From a virus (lineage: Duplodnaviria > Caudoviricetes), in the IMG/VR virus record IMGVR_UViG_3300030329_005507, positions 1-55,091 of that record: a stretch of 55,091 nt of DNA. One strand, written 5' to 3'. Every line of letters begins with the position of its first letter. Positions within the stretch are counted from its first letter, which is position 1. Position numbers and translations under genes: made by a program. Below the pieces are notes generated by a model. That model worked only from the letters and a program-made list of their open reading frames with translations, ran no database searches and was not told the DNA's origin. Shown piece by piece: positions 1-7,541 of this stretch.

Positions 1-2
1 GC

Positions 3-140
3 CTAAATAGCAACAATAGCTACTGTAACATAGCCGATCCTATATTAGTTTCAGAAACTGATTTTGAAGTTATAACCGAAGATCTTATAAACGATTTGCT
101 AGTACATAATGAGGTCTATGAGAAACTGTGTGATGAATAA
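3..140 (+). CDS. 3' fragment of an o-spanin (Rz1-like lipoprotein) on the assembly side branch
   Basis: Frame 3 reads LNSNNSYCNIADPILVSETDFEVITEDLINDLLVHNEVYEKLCDE*. The C-x-I-A-x-P-I...HNE...LC pattern resembles o-spanin C-termini. Stop TAA overlaps the next ATG (TAATG). 5' end is missing. Confidence 0.55.
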   Translation, partial: LNSNNSYCNIADPILVSETDFEVITEDLINDLLVHNEVYEKLCDE

Positions 141-511
141 TGTATGAATATAGATGTGAACTCATTAGAGTTATTGATGGAGATACAATAGATGTTAGCA
201 TTGATCTTGGCTTTAAGGTCTGGCTCAAAAAAGAAAGAGTCCGTTTACTTGGAATCAACACACCTGAAAGTAGAACTAGAAACTTGGCGGAAAAGGAATT
301 GGGTCTGGCGAGTAAAAGACGTCTTAAAGAATTACTTCCGAAAAGATTCAAAATAATAACTCATAAAGACGAAAAAGGGAAGTTTGGTAGAATATTAGGA
401 GAGCCAATTGTAGACCATCCAGACCACGGATTAATAAATGTTTGCGATAGGATGATAGAAGAAGGTCATGCCAGAGCATATTACGGAGGGACGAAAAAAC
501 CATGGACATAG
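140..511 (+). CDS. Staphylococcal nuclease (SNase/thermonuclease)-like protein
   Basis: Motifs RVIDGDTIDV, RVRLLGINTPE, KGKFGRILG and MIEEGHA. Confidence 0.9.
   Translation: MYEYRCELIRVIDGDTIDVSIDLGFKVWLKKERVRLLGINTPESRTRNLAEKELGLASKRRLKELLPKRFKIITHKDEKGKFGRILGEPIVDHPDHGLINVCDRMIEEGHARAYYGGTKKPWT
161..237. repeat. 77-nt exact repeat of the window end (55015-55091); circular assembly overlap
   Basis: Identical 77-mer. The match extends to 140 vs 54994 with 2 mismatches (143/54997, 160/55014); sequences upstream of those points are unrelated. Confidence 0.95.
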
Positions 512-978
512 AAGATAATAAATTTAAACTTTTAAAAATGTTAACTTTACATGAAGGATTAAAATTAAAAGTTTATGATGATGCTAATGGAAAAGAAGTA
601 AAAGCTGGAGATACACTTATAGGTCATCCAACAATAGGAGTTGGCAGGAATATAGCTTCTGATGGTTTAGGTATAAATGAAGAAGAAGCAAATTTTTTAT
701 TAATGGGTGATATTGCTCGTGTTGATAAAGAAGCTCAGTCTTGGGATGTATATAATAATTTAGATAGCATAAGGAAATCCGTTTTATTAGATATGTTATT
801 TAATATGGGACTAACAAGATTTAATCCTAGTAAATGGCCAAACATGTTTAAAGCTATTGAAGAAGAGAACTGGGATGAAGCATCTAATCAAATGTTAGAT
901 AGTGCTTGGGCAAAGCAAGTTAAAACGAGAGCAGATAGATTATCTGAAATGATGTTAACAGGTGAATGGGTTGAATAA
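502..978 (+). CDS. Endolysin, GH24/T4-lysozyme-like muramidase
   Basis: Motifs HEGLKLKVYDD, TIGVGRN, DMLFNMG and MLDSAWAKQVKTRADRL. Confidence 0.9.
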   Translation: MDIEDNKFKLLKMLTLHEGLKLKVYDDANGKEVKAGDTLIGHPTIGVGRNIASDGLGINEEEANFLLMGDIARVDKEAQSWDVYNNLDSIRKSVLLDMLFNMGLTRFNPSKWPNMFKAIEEENWDEASNQMLDSAWAKQVKTRADRLSEMMLTGEWVE

Positions 979-1544
979 TGTCTCCAAAATTATGGGCAAT
1001 ATTGTTTGTAATATTTTTCTTATCACTACTTGCTTGGTGTAGCACTGGTCATGCACAAACTAATACTGTAACATCAACTTCGTCTACTGTATCAGGAACA
1101 ACAACTGTAGATCGTACACCGAGCACAGCTTCAGCTCCAGGAGTCGTAGTAAATAATCAAGATGTTTGCTCAACAGCAGCAAGTGCAGCAATTCAGTCGC
1201 AAATATTAGGAATAGCAGGTGGCACAACTATAAGAGATTTAAATTGTGAAAGATTAAAATTATCAAGACAGTTGTTCCGTTTTGGGATGAAAGTTGGTGC
1301 TGTCGCTTTGCTATGTCAAGACGAAAGAGTTTTTCAAGCTATGGAAATGGCAGGAACACCTTGTCCATACATGGGCAAGATAGGATTAGATGCTGCAAAA
1401 GAATGGGCAGAAAATCCAGAGAAACGACCTGATTATGATAAATGGTTAAAAACTAATGAAATAAATAATGAGGAGGAATTTTTAAGTGATGATGAAAGTG
1501 CTCTTGGTATTTTTAGCATTCTCCTTATGCTGCTTTTCCTCTAA
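978..1544 (+). CDS. Exported Cys-rich protein with signal peptide and C-terminal membrane anchor
   Basis: Signal peptide ending GHA|QT; Cys motifs DVCS, NCERLK, LLCQD, TPCP; hydrophobic C-terminus ALGIFSILLMLLFL. Confidence 0.75.
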   Translation: MSPKLWAILFVIFFLSLLAWCSTGHAQTNTVTSTSSTVSGTTTVDRTPSTASAPGVVVNNQDVCSTAASAAIQSQILGIAGGTTIRDLNCERLKLSRQLFRFGMKVGAVALLCQDERVFQAMEMAGTPCPYMGKIGLDAAKEWAENPEKRPDYDKWLKTNEINNEEEFLSDDESALGIFSILLMLLFL

Positions 1545-3267
1545 TGCTCAACTATTAGAAGAAGGTTCAACTACAACCACTGAAATAGAAACTCAAGGTG
1601 GTGTAGAAGAAGTAACAGAAACAACTGTAACAATTGAACATAAAGATACAGGTGATATATTAGATGGAGACACAGGTGTCGTATCAAGTAAATACGAGGG
1701 TGATGCAGATATAGATTGGGGTGGGGCTGGTTCCGTTTATTCACATTCTTCTTGTACTGATGCTGCGAGTGGTTTCCCTGCAACTGGAACAGATGGTCGT
1801 ACTTCAGCTTGTGGACATGCAAGAACAAATAGTCTTACAACATGGAGACAATATGTTGATTTAAATAGTTTCGATATTAAAGATGGTGGAGAAGTTAATT
1901 ATGAATTCCTTTTTGCTTTTCCTAACAGCATGTACAATAACTCTGGTCAAACTGCTTATGTTCAGACCAAAGGTTATAATGATAATGCATTGCAATGGGA
2001 AACAGGGTTAGTAACCATAGATAAAACAACTTTTACGCAAAATCCTTATAATTACAACAACAATACTAATTGGGTGAATACAGTAACAGGAAGCTATGAT
2101 TTTTCAAATCAATTAGATAAAGTCTATATAGAAATTGGTGGATATGGAGAATACTATTGGGATGAGTTTCAATATAATGTAGTTTATAATCATATTACAA
2201 CAACAGTTGAAACTTGGATGCAACTTGTTCAGCAAGAGCAAGAAATTTCAACAACTATAGATTTGATGGATAATTATGATGTAGACGACTACAATACAAG
2301 TCCTGTTAATAATAGCATTGATGATATTCCTGAAATAAATTTAGATTTAGATATAGAAATTGATGAGCCAGATGTAGGAGGAATAGATATACCAGATACA
2401 ACTGTCGTAGACGTTCAAATTCAAATCCCTGAAATTGATAATGTTTCTGCGGAGATGTTTGAAGATTTAAATGTTGGTGAGCCAATGGTAAATGTAGAAG
2501 AAGTTGTTGCTGAAGTTTCAGAATTAGTTGCAGAGATACAGCAAATTGAAGTTGAAACAGAAGTTCAGCCTGCAACAAATATAGAGCCAGAAATTGAAAC
2601 TCCGACAGAAATCGCTGAAAATGTTGAAGTTGAAGAGATTTCGACCTCCGTAAATGGTGCAGGAGAGCAATCAGAAGAGGTTGTTGTAGAAAAGGTTGCC
2701 GAAGAAACAGAGGTTTCTGAACCAGAACCAACAGAAAATAAAGTTGAAGAAACAACAGAAGTTGCTGATAATGAACCAGAGGTTGAAGAAATAAAAGAAG
2801 AACAACCAGCTAAAGAAACTAAAGAAGAGCAAGTTGCTGAAAATGAACCAGAAGAAAAAGAAGTTGTTCAAGAAGAAGTTAAAGAAGAGCCAAAAGAAGA
2901 AGTTAAAGAAGAGCCAAAAGAAGAAAAAGAAATAGTTGAAGAAGAAACAAAAGAAGAAGTGAAAGAAGCAAAAGCAGAAAACAAACCAACTAAACAACAA
3001 GAAAAGAAACAAGAAAAAGCAAAAGAAATTAGAGAAAATTTTGCATCACAATATGACGCAGTAGCACAAATAACAACTCTTGCTCTTGTTAATGCTTTGG
3101 GTCCAAACATAAATACATATTCTAATCAAGTTGTTCAAACGCAACCAACATGGTATAAAAGCGAAGAGATATATTCAGATGTAGTTATGCAAGATCCATT
3201 AGGTAATTATTTCGGTGTGCGTGATAGTTTGGTATTTGAACAAATGATAGGAGAGCAATATGAGTAA
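1486..3267 (+). CDS. Exported protein with a beta-rich N-domain and long Glu/Pro-rich stalk
   Basis: Signal peptide ending SNA|QL; low-complexity acidic linker (EEVKEEPK repeats); short globular C-terminus. Confidence 0.75.
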   Translation: MMMKVLLVFLAFSLCCFSSNAQLLEEGSTTTTEIETQGGVEEVTETTVTIEHKDTGDILDGDTGVVSSKYEGDADIDWGGAGSVYSHSSCTDAASGFPATGTDGRTSACGHARTNSLTTWRQYVDLNSFDIKDGGEVNYEFLFAFPNSMYNNSGQTAYVQTKGYNDNALQWETGLVTIDKTTFTQNPYNYNNNTNWVNTVTGSYDFSNQLDKVYIEIGGYGEYYWDEFQYNVVYNHITTTVETWMQLVQQEQEISTTIDLMDNYDVDDYNTSPVNNSIDDIPEINLDLDIEIDEPDVGGIDIPDTTVVDVQIQIPEIDNVSAEMFEDLNVGEPMVNVEEVVAEVSELVAEIQQIEVETEVQPATNIEPEIETPTEIAENVEVEEISTSVNGAGEQSEEVVVEKVAEETEVSEPEPTENKVEETTEVADNEPEVEEIKEEQPAKETKEEQVAENEPEEKEVVQEEVKEEPKEEVKEEPKEEKEIVEEETKEEVKEAKAENKPTKQQEKKQEKAKEIRENFASQYDAVAQITTLALVNALGPNINTYSNQVVQTQPTWYKSEEIYSDVVMQDPLGNYFGVRDSLVFEQMIGEQYE

Positions 3268-3895
3268 TGAAGTAGAATACAAAGGCATAAAAGTTAAAGG
3301 AGGGAAGTTATTATTAATATTTCCTTTGCTTGGTACAATCGGTGGTGCAATATGGGCAGGTTTTGAAGGTTATGCTCGTTGGGTAGCGATGGAAGACCAA
3401 ATAGCTAATTATACTGCTCCAGATTTAAGTGGTTTTACAAAACAATTAAGTGAATTTGATACTTCTGTTAATGTTACGAATGAAAAGATAGAAAACTTAG
3501 AAACTAAATTAGAAAACGAAATTACAAACATGAATACAATTTTACAATCAGAAATATCAACAGCATTAGAGCTTGTGCAATCAGCTCAAAGTGATGCTAG
3601 AGATATTCGTAATGAACTGCGTAAGGATATTAATGAGGTTATGGATAATATAAGTGCTGTTGACAAAAGGTCAAGAACTACAGAACAAGAAATAAGAACA
3701 AGTCAACGCACAGCAGAGAATGATGTAAGGACTTTAATACAGCATGCAGAAGACAGATTCGATGGCAAAAGAACTGCTATTGAAAGTGATTTTACTAGAC
3801 GCATGGAAAATGTTGATTTGCAATTAAAAGAGCTTGAAGATAGATTAAGAGAGATGCTTCAAAGAGCTCTCAATAATCCACTTACTGGACAATAA
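3260..3895 (+). CDS. Single-TM inner-membrane protein with a long coiled coil
   Basis: TM segment LLLIFPLLGTIGGAIWAGF followed by ~150 aa of heptad-rich helix; start overlaps the previous stop. Confidence 0.75.
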   Translation: MSNEVEYKGIKVKGGKLLLIFPLLGTIGGAIWAGFEGYARWVAMEDQIANYTAPDLSGFTKQLSEFDTSVNVTNEKIENLETKLENEITNMNTILQSEISTALELVQSAQSDARDIRNELRKDINEVMDNISAVDKRSRTTEQEIRTSQRTAENDVRTLIQHAEDRFDGKRTAIESDFTRRMENVDLQLKELEDRLREMLQRALNNPLTGQ

Positions 3896-3905
3896 TTGTT
3901 TTAAT

Positions 3906-3937
3906 TTATTTTTTTAAAGCTATATTTAAAAAAATAA
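3906..3937. promoter_or_regulatory. 13-bp perfect AT-rich inverted repeat upstream of the head genes
   Basis: TTATTTTTTTAAA-gctata-TTTAAAAAAATAA in the intergenic gap. Confidence 0.45.
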
Positions 3938-3953
3938 CTAATGAGGTGTTGGT

Positions 3954-4103
3954 ATGGATGATGTTGAAATCATAGTAACAGGAGTCTCGTCGAAAGGAGA
4001 GGTGAAAGTTGACAATAACAGACCTATTAGAGAAGATGAAGGAGACGCTGGAGGAACAACGGAAGAATCTAGCGAACGAAATGGTAGAGGGGAGAATCTC
4101 TGA
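3954..4103 (+). CDS. Possible 49-aa acidic ORF overlapping the next gene
   Basis: GAGGTG upstream of ATG 3954; translates MDDVEIIVTGVSSKGEVKVD...GENL*. Confidence 0.35.
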   Translation: MDDVEIIVTGVSSKGEVKVDNNRPIREDEGDAGGTTEESSERNGRGENL

Positions 4104-4206
4104 TTTTAACCAATATCAAAAGAACGTCGGTATTGCTGAAGGTTTAAAAAGAGCCATTAACACTATCGATGATGTTTTTAAAAAACTAGACAGAGAGGAT
4201 GGATAA
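4009..4206 (+). CDS. Small conserved-looking head-module protein
   Basis: 65-aa helical protein with DFNQYQKNVGIAEGL, in the usual slot before the GroES-like gene; AAAGGAGAGG upstream of a TTG start. Confidence 0.75.
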   Translation: MTITDLLEKMKETLEEQRKNLANEMVEGRISDFNQYQKNVGIAEGLKRAINTIDDVFKKLDREDG

Positions 4207-4606
4207 CATGGCTCATCTCCATGAATTAAATTGGGACAACGATCCCGAACAAGAAACACCAAAAAATCTTCCAAAGCCAACTGGCTGGAGAGTTTTAATT
4301 CAACCACAAGCACCAATAAAGAAAACTAAAAGTGGCATTTATTTACCATCTCAATCTCAAGACAATGAAGAATATTTAACAGCTCATGGTATTATATTAG
4401 ACCATGGACCATTGGCTTGGTGTGAAAGAGAAACAGGTCGTCAATGGCACAGAGGCAAGTGGGCAGATATTGGTGACCATGTCACATTTGGTAAATATGC
4501 TGGACAAAAATTAATTATTAATAGTGTCAAGTTATTATTATTAAATGATGATGAGATAACTTCTGTTGTTCCTAAAGGATGCAACATACAAAATTATATA
4601 CCATAG
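4199..4606 (+). CDS. groES: GroES-like co-chaperonin
   Basis: PKPTGWRVLIQP, KTKSGIYLP, GDHVTFGKYAG, LLNDDEI. Start may be ATG 4208. Confidence 0.88.
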   Translation: MDNMAHLHELNWDNDPEQETPKNLPKPTGWRVLIQPQAPIKKTKSGIYLPSQSQDNEEYLTAHGIILDHGPLAWCERETGRQWHRGKWADIGDHVTFGKYAGQKLIINSVKLLLLNDDEITSVVPKGCNIQNYIP

Positions 4607-4627
4607 CGAAAGGACTTGGAACGCACC

Positions 4628-5518
4628 ATGATAGAAGAAACTGAAAAACAAGAAGATCTTCCTTTAGAATTGGAGATTGATACTTCAGGAGAAACCTCGC
4701 AAGAAACTCCTGATGATATAGAAATACAAGAAACCAAAGAAGAGACCAAAGAAGAAAAAACAGAAGACAATGATTATAGTGATAGAGTTCAGAAAAGAAT
4801 TAAAAATTTAGTTAATCAAAGAAGAGAATCTGAAGCAAAAGCAGCAGAAAAAGATAAAGAATTATCAGATCTTAAAATGAGATTAGCTAGACTTGAACAA
4901 GGTGATACTGCTAGACAAGATCAGCAATTTCAAAGCAATTATCAATCTGTAAAAGAGAAAATGCAGAAAGCTATTGAAGAAGGAGATACAGCTAATCAAG
5001 TTCAATTAGCAGAGCAACTTGCTGATATGAGAGCTACTGTAAAAGTTCAAGAACTTCAACGTCAGCAACAATTACAACAGAGAACTCAATCACCGACAGT
5101 TGGCAAAGCAGCACAACCACAAGCACCTGCTAAAGCAATGTCTTGGTGGCAAAAAAATCAATGGTTCAATGGTAGTGGTTTTGAAAGAGAGACTGCTGCT
5201 GCAAGAGCAATTGATGTCCAACTTGATTTAGAAGGGTTCGATAAAAACAGTGATGAATATTATTCAACTCTAGATAATCGTTTACGAAAAATGTTTCCCG
5301 AGTTAATATCACCAGAAGCAAGTGTTAAGACTAAACCAAAAAGCAGAAGTCGACAACCAATAGCTCCATCTGCAGGAGGGTCAAGTGTTAATACAGGCAA
5401 TAGAGTGCAAATGACAAAGGACCAATTACGAATGGCTAGAGAACTAGGATTAACCGATAAACAACAACTAAACGCATACGCAAGCGAATTGCGAGCTAAT
5501 ACTAAGGAGAAATCATAA
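4628..5518 (+). CDS. Probable scaffolding protein
   Basis: Acidic N-terminus, YSDRVQKRIKNL coiled coil, W..KNQWF, C-terminal QLRMARELGL; located upstream of the capsid gene. Confidence 0.7.
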   Translation: MIEETEKQEDLPLELEIDTSGETSQETPDDIEIQETKEETKEEKTEDNDYSDRVQKRIKNLVNQRRESEAKAAEKDKELSDLKMRLARLEQGDTARQDQQFQSNYQSVKEKMQKAIEEGDTANQVQLAEQLADMRATVKVQELQRQQQLQQRTQSPTVGKAAQPQAPAKAMSWWQKNQWFNGSGFERETAAARAIDVQLDLEGFDKNSDEYYSTLDNRLRKMFPELISPEASVKTKPKSRSRQPIAPSAGGSSVNTGNRVQMTKDQLRMARELGLTDKQQLNAYASELRANTKEKS

Positions 5519-6000
5519 TGGTTCAAAATCGTAATATCCGTGCAAAAGAAACTCAAGAAAAAAATCGCGAGTCTGAAGCTCGTGTTGAAACTAGCTGGAA
5601 ACCACCTTCCCTACTAGACGCTCCTCCTGCAAGAGATGGTATGGTACAAAGGTGGGTTGCTACCTCGATCCTGGGGAAAGAAACTCCTGATAATGTTTTC
5701 AAAAGAAAGAGAGCAGGATGGGAGCCAAGATCTGCTGATTCTGTGGGTGATTTTCCAATTCCGACAATCAACCATGGGCAATGGAATGGATGTATTGGTG
5801 TAGAAGGTATGATACTTTGTGAAATGCCAGAAGAAATGTTCAAAAAGATGAAGGACTATATGCATGGCAAAAGTGAAGAGCAAAACGAATCTATATCAAA
5901 TGATTTAAGATCTATTGAGAGATCTGGAGGAATACCGATTCACGAGGATCGTAAAAGCTCGTCTAGTCGTGGCAGAGATTTATCTGTCATGGATGATTAA
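5518..6000 (+). CDS. Head-module hypothetical protein
   Basis: WKPPSLLDAPP, RWV, GWEPR and GMILCEMP motifs; sits between scaffold and capsid genes. Confidence 0.75.
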   Translation: MVQNRNIRAKETQEKNRESEARVETSWKPPSLLDAPPARDGMVQRWVATSILGKETPDNVFKRKRAGWEPRSADSVGDFPIPTINHGQWNGCIGVEGMILCEMPEEMFKKMKDYMHGKSEEQNESISNDLRSIERSGGIPIHEDRKSSSSRGRDLSVMDD

Positions 6001-6024
6001 CTTTAACTTAATGAGGAAAGATAA

Positions 6025-6576
6025 ATGGCAAATGTAGACTCACCATTTGGCTTTGTGCCAGTTAGACATTTATCTGGAAATGCCCCAAGAACTAATAAAT
6101 ACACAATTACAAGTGGTCTTGCGGAAAATATTTTCCGTGGCGACCTTTGTATTCTGACTGCTGATGGTGTTATAACACCACACACAGCAACAGAAGTTAA
6201 TAACATTGGTGTATTTGCTGGAGTTTCTTATACAGCTTCAGATGGCTCTTATGTATATTCAGATTATTGGCCAACAGGTACAACAGCTACAAATATCATA
6301 GCTTATGTTTATGATGATCCTTACACTGTTTATAAAGTTCAATCAGACGGCTCACCAGCTCAAACTGATATTGGCGCATGCGCTGATGTTGTTGCTGGAA
6401 CAGGTTCAACAACCACTGGGCAGTCTGCATTCGAACTTAATTCAAGTATGGGTACAGGAACAGCAACAGCTAAATTAATCGCTCTCTGGGATTCACCAGA
6501 GAATGCTTTCGGAACCAATGCAGTCATGGAAGTGCTTATTAATGAGCACATCCTAAAAGATGCTGCAGGAATATAG
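6025..6576 (+). CDS. Probable capsid decoration/cement protein
   Basis: MANVDSPFGFVPV start, Gly/Thr-rich beta protein immediately upstream of the capsid gene. Confidence 0.65.
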   Translation: MANVDSPFGFVPVRHLSGNAPRTNKYTITSGLAENIFRGDLCILTADGVITPHTATEVNNIGVFAGVSYTASDGSYVYSDYWPTGTTATNIIAYVYDDPYTVYKVQSDGSPAQTDIGACADVVAGTGSTTTGQSAFELNSSMGTGTATAKLIALWDSPENAFGTNAVMEVLINEHILKDAAGI

Positions 6577-6585
6577 GAGGGAATT

Positions 6586-7494
6586 ATGGCACTAAATAGA
6601 GCGAATTTCGCAAAACTGCTCGAACCAGGACTTAATGCTCTCTTCGGTCTCGAGTACGCAACATATCCAGAGGAGTGGAAAGCAGTATTTTCATCAAATA
6701 CTTCTAACAAAGCATTCGAAGAAGATGTTCTTCTTGAAGGTTTTGGAAATGCTCCAGTTAAAACAGAAGGTTCTGCAGTAGCATATGATAATGCAAGTCA
6801 ACAATGGACTGCTCGTTATCAGCATGAAACTATTGCATTAGCTTTTGCTATAACTGAAGAGAATGAAGAAGATGGACAATATGGCTCTCTTGCTTCCCGT
6901 TATACAAAAGCACTTGCTCGCTCGGTTTCTTCAACAAAAGAAATCAAAGCAGCAAACATTTTGAATAACTCAACAACTGCTGGTTACACTGGTGGTGATG
7001 GAGTCGTTTTATTAAGCACTTCACATCCATCTCGCGCAGGAAATCAAAGTAATACATTGGCAACTGCTGCCGATCTTACAGAGACTTCTTTAGAGCAAGT
7101 GTTAATCAATATTGCTGATATGAAAGATGATCGTGGTTTGCGCATTGCTGCACAAGGCACAACATTAATCATACCAACAGCATATGTTTTCCAAGCACAA
7201 AGATTATTAGAATCTGCTGGAAGAGTTGGAACAGCTGACAATGACATCAATGCTATCAATTCTGGTGGTTATCTACCAAATGGATATCATGTCATGAGAA
7301 GACTGTCTGATTCTGATGCTTGGTATGTTAAAACAGATGTTCCTGATGGACTTAAAATGTTCCAAAGAACACCTTTGAAAAAAGGTATGGAAGGTGATTT
7401 CGAAACTGGAAATATTCGCTACAAAGTTCGCGAAAGATACAGCTTCGGATGGACTGACTGGCGTGGAATTTTTGGTTCAGAAGGTGCAACCTAA
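6586..7494 (+). CDS. Major capsid protein, Mu gpT-like family
   Basis: LEPGLNALFGLEY, HETIALAFAITEE and DFETGNIRYKVRERYSFGWTDWRG; strong GGAGG RBS. Confidence 0.9.
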   Translation: MALNRANFAKLLEPGLNALFGLEYATYPEEWKAVFSSNTSNKAFEEDVLLEGFGNAPVKTEGSAVAYDNASQQWTARYQHETIALAFAITEENEEDGQYGSLASRYTKALARSVSSTKEIKAANILNNSTTAGYTGGDGVVLLSTSHPSRAGNQSNTLATAADLTETSLEQVLINIADMKDDRGLRIAAQGTTLIIPTAYVFQAQRLLESAGRVGTADNDINAINSGGYLPNGYHVMRRLSDSDAWYVKTDVPDGLKMFQRTPLKKGMEGDFETGNIRYKVRERYSFGWTDWRGIFGSEGAT

Positions 7495-7505
7495 TATGTA
7501 GAAAT

Positions 7506-7540
7506 ATCAAGGGAGTTTAATCGCTCCCTTGATTATTTAT
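7506..7540 (+). terminator. Intrinsic terminator-like hairpin after the capsid gene
   Basis: ATCAAGGGAG-8 nt-CTCCCTTGAT followed by TATTTAT. Confidence 0.7.
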
Positions 7541-7541
7541 C

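Noticed and set aside
2860-2935. 24-nt tandem repeat
   Set aside because: It encodes EEVKEEPK within a low-complexity linker, with no separate function evident.
1571-3110. Minus-strand Phe/Leu/Ser-rich ORFs (e.g. 2306-2755, 2671-3012, 2868-3110)
   Set aside because: They are antisense shadows of the GAA-rich stalk gene. The same applies to most antisense ORFs in the track.
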